A stretch of DNA of 64,000 bases from a virus, in the IMG/VR virus record IMGVR_UViG_3300043313_001220, positions 1 to 64,000 of that record. The stretch is one strand, 5' to 3'. Below are positions 20,086 through 30,175 of the stretch, in pieces. The first letter of the stretch is position 1. Each line of letters starts with the position of its first letter. The position numbers were made by a program, and so were the translations under genes. The notes under the pieces were generated by a model. The model had not been told where the DNA came from, searched no databases, and worked only from the letters and a program-made list of their open reading frames with translations.

Positions 20086-20646
20086 ATGCCAGCAACCACG
20101 CCCGTCTACGGGATCACCTACCCGTGTGGCGGGGACACGATCGACCCCGGCGTGTTGGCGACGTTCGCCAATAGCATCGACGCCGCGCTGGCACAGGGCG
20201 CGGCCGAGCTGGCCCAGGTTACCGGACGGCCCAACGCCCAGGTCATCAGGTTCCTGCCAGCCCAGGCGGTGGTCCTGAACACCGTGACGACCATGACCTA
20301 CGTCGACGAGACCTACGACAACGACGGAATGGCCGACCTCGCCGTCAACAACGACCGGCTGACCGTCCAGACCAGCGGGGCCTACTTCATTCGGGGGCGC
20401 GTCAACGCGGGCAGCGCCACGACCATGACCAGCGTGGCCGTCATCCTGACGGTGAACGGCGCGGAGCGGGGACGCTCCAAGACGCGTCCGCTCACAACCG
20501 AGGACTTCGGCGAGGTCGAGCTGTCCATGCCGATGAACCTGGTCGCCGGGGACATCATCCGGATGCAGACCCTATGGACCGGCAGCGGCGGCCCATCCGA
20601 CTACGCCGTCTCCATCCTGTCCGCCTCATTCATCGCCGCCCCCTAA
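20086..20646 (+). CDS. minor tail protein (C1q-like fold suspected)
   Basis: AGGAGG RBS; TTPVYGITYP N-terminus; LVAGDII motif. Confidence 0.65.
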   Translation: MPATTPVYGITYPCGGDTIDPGVLATFANSIDAALAQGAAELAQVTGRPNAQVIRFLPAQAVVLNTVTTMTYVDETYDNDGMADLAVNNDRLTVQTSGAYFIRGRVNAGSATTMTSVAVILTVNGAERGRSKTRPLTTEDFGEVELSMPMNLVAGDIIRMQTLWTGSGGPSDYAVSILSASFIAAP

Positions 20647-20657
20647 GGAGCTGACCC

Positions 20658-21347
20658 GTGTCCACAGTCACCACAGATCAGGGGATCGTCATCCCGGTCG
20701 GCACCGACGGGGCCGACAACCCGCAGGCGTTCGTCGACCAGATCGGGGGGGTCGAGACCAGACTTGTGCTGCGCTACGCCTCGGACGCCGACCGGCTCGC
20801 GCGCCATACAGCACCACTGTTCGGCGATTTGTCAATCGTGGCCGGCAACACGTGGTATGACCGGTGGACCGGCGCAAAGTGGATGCCGGTCACCCCCATC
20901 TCGTCATTCAAAACCGGATCCCAGCTGGTCAACAACTCAACCGCCTTGGTGGCCCTGACAAGCATGGTCGTGTCGCTGCCTGCAATCAACACGAACTATG
21001 CCATCGACGGCTACATCGTCTACAACTCCTCGACCGTCGCAGATATCAAGTTCTCGGGGACGATCCCCGCTGGGGCGGCGTCAAGCATTGCGATCACCGG
21101 GGGTGCCGTCGGTATCGCGGCGGCCAGCGGTGACGCGAATTTCGCCATCGCAGATCTTGCCGCAGCGCAGGTGATCCAGCTGGGCGGGGCCGGGGTCGGA
21201 ATCAACATGGGCGTAATGCTGTCTGGAGCGGTAAGCGTGGGCGCTACCGCAGGCAACCTCCAGCTAACCTTCGCGCAGAACACGCTGGAAGCGACGAACA
21301 CAACAGTGGGTTCTCGTTCGTGGCTAAGCGCGCGGGCGGTCAGCTGA
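20658..21347 (+). CDS. minor tail protein
   Basis: AAGGAG RBS; RYASDADR..WYDRWTGAKW. Confidence 0.65.
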   Translation: MSTVTTDQGIVIPVGTDGADNPQAFVDQIGGVETRLVLRYASDADRLARHTAPLFGDLSIVAGNTWYDRWTGAKWMPVTPISSFKTGSQLVNNSTALVALTSMVVSLPAINTNYAIDGYIVYNSSTVADIKFSGTIPAGAASSIAITGGAVGIAAASGDANFAIADLAAAQVIQLGGAGVGINMGVMLSGAVSVGATAGNLQLTFAQNTLEATNTTVGSRSWLSARAVS

Positions 21348-22018
21348 TGGGCGGGCTAGCGGAGGCGATGCAGGGTGTGGTCGGCCAACCCGCGTCGGTA
21401 CGCATCGGTACGGTCGACTCCCTCGACCCCCCGGTGGTCAGCGCCCAGGGTGTGCCGTTCAACGATGTCGGTTTCCTGCGCGACTATAACCCGCAGGTCG
21501 GCGATTCGGTGGCGCTGCTCGGCCAGTCGTCGAACGCGGGCTCCGACCCCGCCTCCTGGCTAGCTCTGGGCGCGGTGGCCGGCACGACTGCCGCAATCAT
21601 CGCGCAGTTGCGCCAGACGGTGGCCCAGTCGATCCCCAACGCCGGTGCGCCCACCCCGGTCGTCTTCGGCGTGGCCGACGTGGACACCGCGGGGGGGTGG
21701 AGTACCAGCATCCTGAGCCGCTGGGTCGCCCCGGTATCCGGCCGCTACCAGGTCTCCGGTGGCGTGTCGTTCGCCGCTGCGGCCGGTGGTGTGCGCACCG
21801 TCCAGTTCCTGATCAACGGTGTCGAGGTGCCGGGCAGCGGAACGCTGGATGTCGGCAGCGCTGCGGGTGGCGGCAACCGACTCGGTTCGCGCACCATGAC
21901 CGTGTTCCTCAATGTGGGAGACTACATTGAACTCGGTGCGTTCCAGAACTTCGGCGCGCCCCTCCTTACTGCGGTGGCCGGGGTTGAGCAGGCGACCCTG
22001 AGTGTTTGGTTGATCTAG
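21347..22018 (+). CDS. minor tail protein (spike/C1q-like)
   Basis: YNPQVGDSV, APVSGRY and LNVGDYIE motifs. Confidence 0.65.
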   Translation: MGGLAEAMQGVVGQPASVRIGTVDSLDPPVVSAQGVPFNDVGFLRDYNPQVGDSVALLGQSSNAGSDPASWLALGAVAGTTAAIIAQLRQTVAQSIPNAGAPTPVVFGVADVDTAGGWSTSILSRWVAPVSGRYQVSGGVSFAAAAGGVRTVQFLINGVEVPGSGTLDVGSAAGGGNRLGSRTMTVFLNVGDYIELGAFQNFGAPLLTAVAGVEQATLSVWLI

Positions 22019-22046
22019 CAGTAACGACGTAGGAGGATTGCGGCCC

Positions 22047-23201
22047 ATGTTGATCGTCCGGGAGTCATCCGGGCTCTATTACGCCGTCCAATATGACGGC
22101 ACCAATGGGCAGGAGATCGTCGACGCCCTGCGGGCCACCAACTACGCCAGCGCCGCCGGGGTGATCAGCTTCCGGGCGTTCATCATGCGGGCAGGCGGCC
22201 TGCTCACCTCCGGCCACCGCTTCAGTGTCCCACTGGGGTACTGGATCGTCTGGGCCGACGAGGGCAACCCCTATGTGATCGCACCGCCCCTGACCACCGC
22301 AGTCTTCCAACAGCAGTACCAGGTGGCCGCCACCGCCGCCGAGGTGGCCGCCCTGTCCGCCACGGTGACGGCTCTCGGGGTGACGGTGACCGCCCTGAAT
22401 GCTTCTCTGATCGTCACGAACACCAACGTCACCAACCTGGCCGCAGCGGTGGTCACCCTGGACACCAATGTCCACAACATCGACGCAGTGTGGATCACCA
22501 GCGGCATCCTGCCCTACCAGAGGCTTGCCGGGACCATCCCGGAGAACGCCACGATCATGCTGTTCAACCGTCCCACGCTGGTCACCCCCGGGACCGCGCT
22601 GGACTCCTGGCGGTGGCTGTACAACGGCAACAGGACCATCTACGGCAACGAGTTCAACCTGCTGCGGGTGCGCGGTGTGCCGGAGGACCAGGTCCCGGCC
22701 CGGTTCATGTCGAACGCGGCCCGGGACGGTCTGTCCACCGCCATCTTGCAGGCGTCGTTGTCCGACGCCTCCTCCCACCTGTTCCAGGTGCTGGGCAACG
22801 GCGACATCCTGGCAGCGGGCGGCTTGTCGATGCTGCCGACCGCCCCGGTGGCCGTGGCCTTCAACGGCGCTGCCGGCACTGCCAACGCGGCCACGATCAG
22901 CGACGGGTCCAGTTCTGGAACGCCCTACCCGGTCGCCACCACGTGGACTCCAGCAGACAATCGGGTACACCTTGACGGCGCGGTGGCCAACCCGACCGGG
23001 CTGCCGATCACCGGGGGGACAACGCTGTTCACGATCGACGCGGCACACCGTCCGGTATCGTGGGTGCAGTTCCCGGGGCGCACCTCCACTCTCCTGGCAG
23101 CCCGGATCACGGTCCGTTCGACCGGCGCGGTGGTGATCGATCAGGCGTTGGCCGCCGGGGCGACGCTGAGCTTCGACGGCCACAGCTGGCGCAAGGCATA
23201 G
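22047..23201 (+). CDS. tail fibre/receptor-binding protein
   Basis: Heptad coiled-coil segment followed by a beta-rich C-terminus (HRP..W); last gene before the lysin. Confidence 0.6.
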   Translation: MLIVRESSGLYYAVQYDGTNGQEIVDALRATNYASAAGVISFRAFIMRAGGLLTSGHRFSVPLGYWIVWADEGNPYVIAPPLTTAVFQQQYQVAATAAEVAALSATVTALGVTVTALNASLIVTNTNVTNLAAAVVTLDTNVHNIDAVWITSGILPYQRLAGTIPENATIMLFNRPTLVTPGTALDSWRWLYNGNRTIYGNEFNLLRVRGVPEDQVPARFMSNAARDGLSTAILQASLSDASSHLFQVLGNGDILAAGGLSMLPTAPVAVAFNGAAGTANAATISDGSSSGTPYPVATTWTPADNRVHLDGAVANPTGLPITGGTTLFTIDAAHRPVSWVQFPGRTSTLLAARITVRSTGAVVIDQALAAGATLSFDGHSWRKA

Positions 23202-23280
23202 CCTGGTCACACGGGCTTGGTTCGACATGGTTAACCGTGGTATCGTGTGATGAAACGGTCAACATGCGAGGGGGCACCAG

Positions 23281-24147
23281 ATGCGGGTCCCGTTCATCCC
23301 CTATATGCAAGGGCTCAACGACTACACCGACGGCGACAAGATCAAGTATGGATTGGCGTTCCACAACACCAGCAACGACGCCAGCGACACCGCGGAGGCG
23401 GACTGGGCCACCCGCCGCCCAGACGGCACCTCAGCACATGTCTACGTCGACGGAGACTCGGCCACCCAGTCGGTCGACACCGACGACAAGACCGGCCATG
23501 CGGGGTCGGCGCAGGGCAACGAGAACGCGATCAGCTTCGAGCTGACCGGCGCGAACGGCTGGACCCGGCAGCAGTGGCTGGCCAACATCGAATGGAACCT
23601 GCTCGGTCGGGTGGCCGCCGCGATCATCCGCCACCACTGGCCGGACGGCAGCTTCCAGGTCCGCCGTGTCTCGGTGGCCGAGATGAAGGCCAACCCGAAG
23701 ATCAAGGCGATATACGGCCACGACGACATGCGGTTGGCCTGGGGGGGCACCACCCACACCGATCCGGGGCCCGGGTTCCCCTGGGACCACCTCGTCGCCG
23801 TGATCAAGGCGGCACTCAACCAGACAGGAGAAAACGGCATGGCCTGGGAGCCGAAAGCACACGAGATTGTCAACCTGGTCCTCAACGGCAGCAGCGACAA
23901 GGGGTATGTCACTGGTGACGAGGCGCGTGACGCGGAGGCCGGATCGACCACGATCGCCCACACGGTCAACCTGCGCACAGTGATGCACAAGCTTGACCTG
24001 TTGCTCGCGCGACCGACTGCCAGTGTGGACGTCGAAGCGCTCGCGACTTCGCTGGCCGCGAAGCTGCCGCAGGGCCAGATCCCGCCGACCGCCCAGCAGA
24101 TCGCCGAGGCCGTCGCGGACGAAGAGCGCGACCGGATGCAGGACTGA
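23281..24147 (+). CDS. endolysin, N-acetylmuramoyl-L-alanine amidase (Amidase_2)
   Basis: FHNT, SAHVYVD, GHAG..GNENAISFEL, GHDD and HTDPG..FPW. Confidence 0.9.
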   Translation: MRVPFIPYMQGLNDYTDGDKIKYGLAFHNTSNDASDTAEADWATRRPDGTSAHVYVDGDSATQSVDTDDKTGHAGSAQGNENAISFELTGANGWTRQQWLANIEWNLLGRVAAAIIRHHWPDGSFQVRRVSVAEMKANPKIKAIYGHDDMRLAWGGTTHTDPGPGFPWDHLVAVIKAALNQTGENGMAWEPKAHEIVNLVLNGSSDKGYVTGDEARDAEAGSTTIAHTVNLRTVMHKLDLLLARPTASVDVEALATSLAAKLPQGQIPPTAQQIAEAVADEERDRMQD

Positions 24148-24151
24148 GCCG

Positions 24152-24481
24152 GTGACCGCCGCGAGCTTCCAGACCCCACCGCAACCCAACGGATATGTGT
24201 CCAACGAGATAATCGCCCTACAGCTGCGCCACCTGAGCGACTCGATGCATATGCTGCGGGATCAGGTGGTGGGCGAGTTGCACATGCTGCGGGCGGAGTC
24301 GGTCCGGGCCGATGTCTACACCGCCGAACGCAAGGCGGACCAGGCCGAGTTGAAAGCGATGAAGGACCAGATCGATCGGGCCGACAACCGCAAGTGGGTG
24401 TTGTGGGTGGCGGTCGCAACCGCAGTGATCGCCCTGGGGCGCGATCTGATCGGATCTCTACTCCAGGCGGGGTTGACGTGA
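24152..24481 (+). CDS. membrane protein of the lysis cassette
   Basis: Coiled coil plus C-terminal TM helix. Confidence 0.65.
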   Translation: MTAASFQTPPQPNGYVSNEIIALQLRHLSDSMHMLRDQVVGELHMLRAESVRADVYTAERKADQAELKAMKDQIDRADNRKWVLWVAVATAVIALGRDLIGSLLQAGLT

Positions 24482-24735
24482 GCCAGTCGACGCAGGTGCG
24501 GTATCCGTGGCGTTCAACCATCCGGACGACGTTCCAGCTGGTGGTCGCGCTGGCCACCCTGCTGCCATATGTGTTCATCGGGGTTGACGTGCCGGTCGGG
24601 GGTGCGCTGGCGCAGGTGCTGGCGGCAGCAGCCGCGATCACCCGCGTGATGGCGATGCCCGAGGTGTCAACATTCCTGGAGCGGTTCGTACCTTGGCTCG
24701 CGCCTACCCCCGGTGCCAAAACCCCCACCGAATAG
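24478..24735 (+). CDS. holin
   Basis: PWRSTIRTTFQ..2 TM..AITRVMA.P.V..FL. Confidence 0.75.
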   Translation: MSQSTQVRYPWRSTIRTTFQLVVALATLLPYVFIGVDVPVGGALAQVLAAAAAITRVMAMPEVSTFLERFVPWLAPTPGAKTPTE

Positions 24736-24773
24736 CAGGAGACCGCCCCCGACAAAACGGAGGCGGTCTCCTG
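24736..24773. terminator. bidirectional terminator ending the late operon
   Basis: CAGGAGACCGCC..GGCGGTCTCCTG between convergent genes. Confidence 0.75.
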
Positions 24774-24791
24774 TGGTGCTGGGGCGGCGGG

Positions 24792-25661
24792 CTACTCCGC
24801 GCTGGTCAGGCCGTTCATCCGGCGGCGGTTCCAGACGGCCAGACCGCCGAGGACCAGGACGCCGAAGCCCAGCAGCAGCAGGGACGTCCACAGGATCGTG
24901 CCGGTCTTGGCACCGGTCAACGGCAGGGTGGCCGCAGCCGGGCTGGTGGACACCGCAGGTGCCGGGCTAGTGGACGCGCTCGGGCTGGCAGCGGGCGACG
25001 GGCATGCGACGCCACGGATGTCACCCGAGTTGCCGGTCAACGCGTTGACCCACTTCTCAGCGCCATCGGTACCGGCGCACCGGTTGTAGGCCCACGCCCA
25101 TTTGATCAGGTCCACATCGGCATACTTGCCGAACAGCTTGCCGAGGAACTGGCTGGTCGACCCGGTCAGCTCGCCGGAGACCGTGCCGCCGTTGTAGTCG
25201 TCGCCGGCCCAGGAACACCAGTGCGCGGGAGCGGTGATCTTGGCGGTCGCACCCCCGATGAACGTGCCGACAGCGTCCTTGATCAGCGATACGCCCGCGC
25301 CGGGCGACCCGACCGCGCTGTTGTTGGCGGTCTTGAACTGGCCGGAGTCGGTGACGACCGCGACGTACTCCCAGACGAGGTGGTCCTTCTTAACCACGTC
25401 GCACAGCACCTCCGGAGCGGTCTTGGCCACGCTGTCGTGCTCGTACTTCGCCTCGGTGGTCACCTCGATCTTGCGGGTGAACGTGTCCTTCGCCCAGACG
25501 GTCGGCGAGCCGGTGCCGCTGTCCGCCCGGTCGGTGATGGTCAGTTCGATGGCCGCCGAGGTGTCCATAGCGTTGGGGGCCGCCGATGCCGGCGCAGCTG
25601 CGGCAGCGGCGAGTGCCACCCCGAGCAGGGCCGCGATGACCCCCGTTACGATCTTCTTCAC
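24792..25661 (-). CDS. secreted LPXTG (sortase) anchored surface protein
   Basis: Signal peptide MKKIVTGVIAALLGVALAAAAAAPASA; S/P/A linker; LPLTG + TM + RRR tail. Confidence 0.85.
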   Translation of the reverse strand: MKKIVTGVIAALLGVALAAAAAAPASAAPNAMDTSAAIELTITDRADSGTGSPTVWAKDTFTRKIEVTTEAKYEHDSVAKTAPEVLCDVVKKDHLVWEYVAVVTDSGQFKTANNSAVGSPGAGVSLIKDAVGTFIGGATAKITAPAHWCSWAGDDYNGGTVSGELTGSTSQFLGKLFGKYADVDLIKWAWAYNRCAGTDGAEKWVNALTGNSGDIRGVACPSPAASPSASTSPAPAVSTSPAAATLPLTGAKTGTILWTSLLLLGFGVLVLGGLAVWNRRRMNGLTSAE

Positions 25662-25719
25662 AGTTACTCCGTCTTGTCGTCGGTTCGTTCAGGTGGCCCG
25701 GCACGGTGCCGGGCCACCC

Positions 25720-25759
25720 AGCCTAACACCACACGTTCAGTGTGGCAAGCGGTGTGTCA
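25720..25759 (-). promoter_or_regulatory. promoter TTGCCA-N17-TAGGCT with TGACAC box
   Basis: TGACACACCGC-TTGCCA. Confidence 0.7.
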
Positions 25760-25915
25760 GACGCGGGCCAGAAACTCGGACACGCCGTAGTATGCCAGGT
25801 AGCCGAGGCCCCCCAATACCGTGCCCACCAGCGCGACGATCGAGAGCGCCTGCGTGAGGCAGCTGCCCTCACCGCCATCGTCCAGGATCTCGCCCTTCTT
25901 GAACGGGTTCCTCAT
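25757..25915 (-). CDS. small membrane protein
   Basis: GGAGG RBS; one TM helix. Confidence 0.55.
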   Translation of the reverse strand: MRNPFKKGEILDDGGEGSCLTQALSIVALVGTVLGGLGYLAYYGVSEFLARV

Positions 25916-26014
25916 GCGATCGCCTCCGTGATCGTGGCCAGGAGTCCCACCGCGACGAGCGCGGCACCGACCACCCCGATCAGCATGGCCAGACGGAAAC
26001 ACCCCGGCTGGGTC

Positions 26015-26308
26015 TCACCTGCTCTTGTCTTCACTGTTCTCCTTCAGTTGTGTCGGCCACAGGGCGCGCCTGTGGACGTCATCTGGGTGGACGATGAGGC
26101 GCATCGCCGTCTCCAGCGACTCGCCGAACATCGCCCACAGCTTGAGCCAGGTGGTCGGCACCGACTGGCCGTAGAAGCACCAGACCTCGCCGCCGTCACC
26201 GGCTTTCCACCCGGCGACGCGGCTGGACTCGTCATCGCGCCAGATGGCGTAGATATCGGTCCAGTGTTCGAACTCCAGCCGGGTGCCGTCCGGCGGCTCA
26301 AGCATCAC
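26015..26308 (-). CDS. hypothetical protein
   Basis: AAGGAGG RBS. Confidence 0.55.
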   Translation of the reverse strand: MMLEPPDGTRLEFEHWTDIYAIWRDDESSRVAGWKAGDGGEVWCFYGQSVPTTWLKLWAMFGESLETAMRLIVHPDDVHRRALWPTQLKENSEDKSR

Positions 26309-26470
26309 GGGCCGCCTCCTTCCGTGCGATGTGCTCCTGTCGTAGCCGCTCACATGTGGTCAGCTTGGTGATCGGCACCAGCTCGACGTTGGCCGGGCCC
26401 ATGGCGGGTATGTCGTAGATGGCGACGATGTCACCGGCGGCACCCCAGGGGCTGGTCTCAGGCTTCTCAC

Positions 26471-26887
26471 TCATTCGAAATCCTCCGGGTCGTCGACCTG
26501 CAGACCATGCAGAGTGTTGGTATATAGACCACCACCGGTGTGGGCCCAGCCCCGGGGTCGCTCAGGCATGTGCGCCGTCACCCTGTAGTCGTCGGGGATG
26601 TGATCACGGGCGGAGACCCAATCGCGCAAGTCGCCCATCGTCCAGGGCTTCTCGATCGTGGGTAGGTTGTCCCAGCGGTCCGGGATGCGACCGCCAACCG
26701 TGAGGCGGTTGTCCCGATTCACGGAGCAGGCATAGCGACCCGGCGGCTCCGGGTGGCTGGTAAGCGACCGGGTGCTGCCCGCCACACGGGCATAAGGGCA
26801 GTCGTCGCTGCCGCAGTCTGCGGCATGCACGATCCTCCAAGGCGGGTTCGACTCGGTGAACTCGATCAGATGCTCGCGGTAGGTCAC
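26471..26887 (-). CDS. hypothetical protein
   Basis: GTGA overlap with the Nudix gene. Confidence 0.55.
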   Translation of the reverse strand: MTYREHLIEFTESNPPWRIVHAADCGSDDCPYARVAGSTRSLTSHPEPPGRYACSVNRDNRLTVGGRIPDRWDNLPTIEKPWTMGDLRDWVSARDHIPDDYRVTAHMPERPRGWAHTGGGLYTNTLHGLQVDDPEDFE

Positions 26888-27399
26888 AGCCGGTATCCGT
26901 CCTCTAGATAGCGGGTGTCGCCGTGCCGGATGGCAAGGAACGCCGCAGCGATCCGCCGGTGCAGCAGGGGGGCGTGGGCGAGCCGGACATCGGCATCGGG
27001 GGGGCTGGTCCATGCCCATGACCGCAGCTCGTCCATCTGTAGGACGATCCGGGCTGTGTCGGCATCGGTGAGCATGCCACCGGCGAAGACGAACATCAGC
27101 GCCTCGGTTGCCGATGGGCGGGGCGGGAACCAGTCGACGACCAGCAGTCTGCCGACAGTGACGTCAAGGCCGAGCTCCTCCTTCACCTCGCGGGCCGCGG
27201 CAGCCTGGGGGGACTCGTCGCGGTTGACGACCCCGCCGGGCAGGTCCCAGTACGGCTTGTATGCCGGCTCGACGAGCAGAATCCGGCCACGGCCGTCGGT
27301 GAACAGCACCCCCGCCGCAGCCCGCTTGCCGGGCAGGGACGCCGTGAACGTCTTGGTATCGGCCGGACGGTGCCGCGCTCTCACCTTCGGGGGGGTCAC
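26884..27399 (-). CDS. Nudix hydrolase
   Basis: Nudix box GGVVNRDESPQAAAAREVKEELG. Confidence 0.92.
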   Translation of the reverse strand: MTPPKVRARHRPADTKTFTASLPGKRAAAGVLFTDGRGRILLVEPAYKPYWDLPGGVVNRDESPQAAAAREVKEELGLDVTVGRLLVVDWFPPRPSATEALMFVFAGGMLTDADTARIVLQMDELRSWAWTSPPDADVRLAHAPLLHRRIAAAFLAIRHGDTRYLEDGYRL

Positions 27400-27869
27400 G
27401 GGCTCTCCTCGGTCTGCGCGCGGTGAGCCGCCCAAGCCAGGGCCTGGGCTTTGATCGGGCCGATCCCGTGGTGGATCTCGACCATCCAGCCATAAGACCG
27501 CATCCTGCCGGACTGATGCCGGTTGACGTCGATCTCGACCCGCCAAAGATCGGGGTCCTCAGGGCCGCGGGTCAGCCAGATGGCGGCGTTGTGGTCGAAG
27601 CTCACGCGCTCCCAGATCTCGTGGGGCACGCGGGTCCCGGCAGACTTGCAGTGCTTCCAACTGCGCAGCCAGTCGAGCTGCGGTCGCGCGTCGAGGATCT
27701 GCCGGGCGATCTGCCGCGCCTGGTCCAGCGACTGGCGGCTGTGGGTGACCCGGCGGAGGGTGTCGTAGACGGTGTAGCGGCCCGGGTCGCGGTGCACGCT
27801 GATGGTGCGGTCATAAGACCAGCGGGTGCCGTAGTCGTCCGGTGCGGACAGGATCGTCGTGGTCTTCAT
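27396..27869 (-). CDS. hypothetical protein
   Basis: GAGGAGG RBS. Confidence 0.65.
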   Translation of the reverse strand: MKTTTILSAPDDYGTRWSYDRTISVHRDPGRYTVYDTLRRVTHSRQSLDQARQIARQILDARPQLDWLRSWKHCKSAGTRVPHEIWERVSFDHNAAIWLTRGPEDPDLWRVEIDVNRHQSGRMRSYGWMVEIHHGIGPIKAQALAWAAHRAQTEESP

Positions 27870-27909
27870 GTGCGGTACCTCCTCGGGGGGATCGGGGCTG
27901 CTTTATCCC

Positions 27910-27949
27910 AGTACAACACCCACAGCGCGGTGTGTCAAGCCGCGTGTCA
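27910..27949 (-). promoter_or_regulatory. promoter TTGACA-N17-TGTACT with TGACAC box
   Basis: TGACACGCGGC-TTGACA; weaker -10. Confidence 0.55.
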
Positions 27950-28129
27950 CAAGAACGTGTTCAGGGCGACCGTCATCCGCCTCAACGTGGACAGTTTCGG
28001 GTCGACAGCCCCCGTCTCGATCCGCGACAGGTGGCCGTGTCCCACCCCGATCAACTGCGCCAGTGCGCGCTGCGACAGTTCCAATGCCTCACGCCGTTCA
28101 CGCAACCTGACCACCAGCGGGTCAACCAT
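27947..28129 (-). CDS. XRE/Cro-family HTH protein
   Basis: LRERREALELSQRALAQLIGV..HLSRIETG..DPKLSTL. Confidence 0.88.
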   Translation of the reverse strand: MVDPLVVRLRERREALELSQRALAQLIGVGHGHLSRIETGAVDPKLSTLRRMTVALNTFL

Positions 28130-28179
28130 GCGCACCTCCCCCGAGACGCAGGCCGACCGGATGCCGCCTGCATAGACAA

Positions 28180-29124
28180 TCACAACACGGTGGGGGCCTG
28201 TGGCGCACCATCATGCCGGGTGTGGGGCCGATCCTTGCGGCCGTAGAGCAGATATTCGATCGCACTCGCCCCACCGGAACCACCCGGGCCGCCCTTACCG
28301 AGCAGCTCCGCGATCCGGATGTACGACCACCCCAGGCGGATGCTGGCCTGCCGGGCGATCTCCCGCTGCACCGGCCGCGGGTAGTCCGCCGCTTTCCCCG
28401 GCCTGGGGTCGCGCAGTGCCCCATCGACCAGCTGGGACACCTCCACCCAATCGTCGGTGTCCGGCGGCGGCGGCAACGGCTGTACATCCGGGTCGTCGAT
28501 GTCCTCATCTGCCCAGCGTTCCGGACCCAACCACCCCCGGGCCAACGACTGCCGGGCGGTGGCATCGGACGGCCCCCGGGGGTCGGCCAACGATTGGATC
28601 TTGTCGTACAGCAGCCGGTACTTCTCATGCAGGGCGAAGACCAGCAGGGAACACCCGACAGCGAGGCGATGCCGCCGGATCATGCTGACGTTGACGCCGG
28701 TGAGGGCCGCGATCTCCTCGGTGCTCCAGCCATCGACCGCAAGAGCACGCAACCGCCGACTCGTACCGACCAGCGGGACCCAACTGGTCGGGCTGGCAGG
28801 CAGTGCCAGACAAGCCGCGGCGGTCACACCGAGCAGAGCCCCAGCCACCGGGCGGCTCAATCGGCGACCCGCGAGGAGCCTGCTGATCGAATGGCGACCC
28901 ACCCCCGCCACCGTGTTGATCCGGTCCCCGGTGACTCCGGGGACCTCCAACAACCCCCGGACGTGTCGGAGCACCGGCCCCAGCTCGTCATCCCCGAGCA
29001 CCGCACTATCCCAGACGCCCGCGGCTACCGCCGCCCGCCGGGTCTGCTGATGCCGGCGCGAACGGTCCCGGCACTCCGGGCAGCCCGCGGTGTAGTCCGT
29101 ATGGCCGTAGCAGTAGGCGCGCAT
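28180..29124 (-). CDS. multi-HTH DNA-binding protein
   Basis: GCPEC, GTSRRLRALAVDGWS and W.DEDIDDP motifs seen in actinophage HTH proteins. Confidence 0.65.
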   Translation of the reverse strand: MRAYCYGHTDYTAGCPECRDRSRRHQQTRRAAVAAGVWDSAVLGDDELGPVLRHVRGLLEVPGVTGDRINTVAGVGRHSISRLLAGRRLSRPVAGALLGVTAAACLALPASPTSWVPLVGTSRRLRALAVDGWSTEEIAALTGVNVSMIRRHRLAVGCSLLVFALHEKYRLLYDKIQSLADPRGPSDATARQSLARGWLGPERWADEDIDDPDVQPLPPPPDTDDWVEVSQLVDGALRDPRPGKAADYPRPVQREIARQASIRLGWSYIRIAELLGKGGPGGSGGASAIEYLLYGRKDRPHTRHDGAPQAPTVL

Positions 29125-29735
29125 CAGGCCACCCACCGCAGATCGGTCGGCCACTGGACCGACGAGCGGTTCAGCCACGCCAACGCCTGCTTGTCGGGCA
29201 CCCGCCGCTGGCCGGTGAGCAGGTCCAATCCCATGGCCGCCAGCACGATGGCGTCGGATTCATCATCGTTGACCTTGCCATATTCGGGCCACAGCTCGGC
29301 AACCGCCGCCATGACCCGCGCCTTCTTCTTGTCGATCCCGCCGTTTCCCGTCGCATACCCCTTGAGGACGGGCGAGGGGACGATCGCGAACGGTATGCGC
29401 ACCTGTGCCAGACGGCTGACCACGTCGTGGTACAGCTGAATGCGTTCGACCAGGCCGCCGTAGCCACGGCTGACGTCGGGCGCTTCGATCACCACCAGAT
29501 CGGGCCGACGATATGGGGCACCCGTGGCGCGCATCTCATCCGTGGTCAGCAGCGACGTCTCGGCGATCTGGTGGCCGAGCCACATGATCTCGTCGACCCG
29601 ATCGGCCAACGGCAGCTTGGTGATGCCAGGTTTGCCGATCTTCGCAGTGCGCTTGACGAGCCCTGCGGTTGCGATGCCGGCACAGGTCAGACCGAGGTCT
29701 TCACCGACGATGTGGGGTTGTCGCTCAAGGTGCAT
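29124..29735 (-). CDS. RuvC-like Holliday junction resolvase
   Basis: IVGEDLGLT, VVIEAP, PVLKGYATGNG and DDESDA. Confidence 0.85.
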   Translation of the reverse strand: MHLERQPHIVGEDLGLTCAGIATAGLVKRTAKIGKPGITKLPLADRVDEIMWLGHQIAETSLLTTDEMRATGAPYRRPDLVVIEAPDVSRGYGGLVERIQLYHDVVSRLAQVRIPFAIVPSPVLKGYATGNGGIDKKKARVMAAVAELWPEYGKVNDDESDAIVLAAMGLDLLTGQRRVPDKQALAWLNRSSVQWPTDLRWVA

Positions 29736-29754
29736 CGCGTGGGTGTCTCCTGCC

Positions 29755-30133
29755 GGATCGGGGTGGGGTGGGTAGGCATGTCGTGTGGAGTCGACGAGGA
29801 CTTGGGTAGGGGTGGGCGGCGCTGTCGTGGGTTTAGGCTCGGGGCTGCTTGGCTTGTCGCCATGTGGGTGGGCCTGGGTTGTCGGGGAATGGGCACGGGT
29901 AGGGAAGGCTTGGCATGTCGAGCCGGATGGAGGGGTCAGGACCGGAAAGTCGTTGAGTGGGGCAGGCATGGGCTGACCTGGCTTGGCAAGTCGGACGGTT
30001 GGGGATCGGATTGTCGCAGGGGGGGGAAGGGACGTGGACTGTCGTCGGGTCAGGCCCGGTCGGTGCGGGGTCGGTGTGTCGTACGGGGGGCAGGTCAGAA
30101 CTGTCGCGCGATGTGGCCGGGATTGGTTTGTCA
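29755..30133 (-). repeat. pentamer-periodic array 1, 12 units (C/T)GAC-(NNNNC)n
   Basis: Anchors 23-44 nt apart; 54 of 61 in-register pentamers end in C (hand count); directly downstream of the RAMP gene. Confidence 0.9.
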
Positions 30134-30135
30134 GA

Positions 30136-30166
30136 CGGGGGCGGGTCGCCGCAGCGCCCGCCCCCG
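30136..30166 (-). other. 10-bp GC hairpin between the RAMP stop codon and array 1
   Basis: CGGGGGCGGG-N11-CCCGCCCCCG. Confidence 0.75.
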
Positions 30167-30175
30167 GTTGGTCGA

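Noticed and set aside
13370-24000. Numerous long antisense ORFs in the ORF track
   Set aside because: Shadow ORFs of high-GC coding sequence, with no RBS or recognisable motifs.
29736-29969. N-terminal extension of RuvC in the ORF track
   Set aside because: It reads through array 1; the real start is the ATG at 29735 with an AGGAG RBS.
29755-30133. Classical CRISPR array next to the Cas7-like gene
   Set aside because: There are no identical 23-47-nt repeats, only a 4-nt anchor plus phased C residues, and no cas1, cas2 or cas6.
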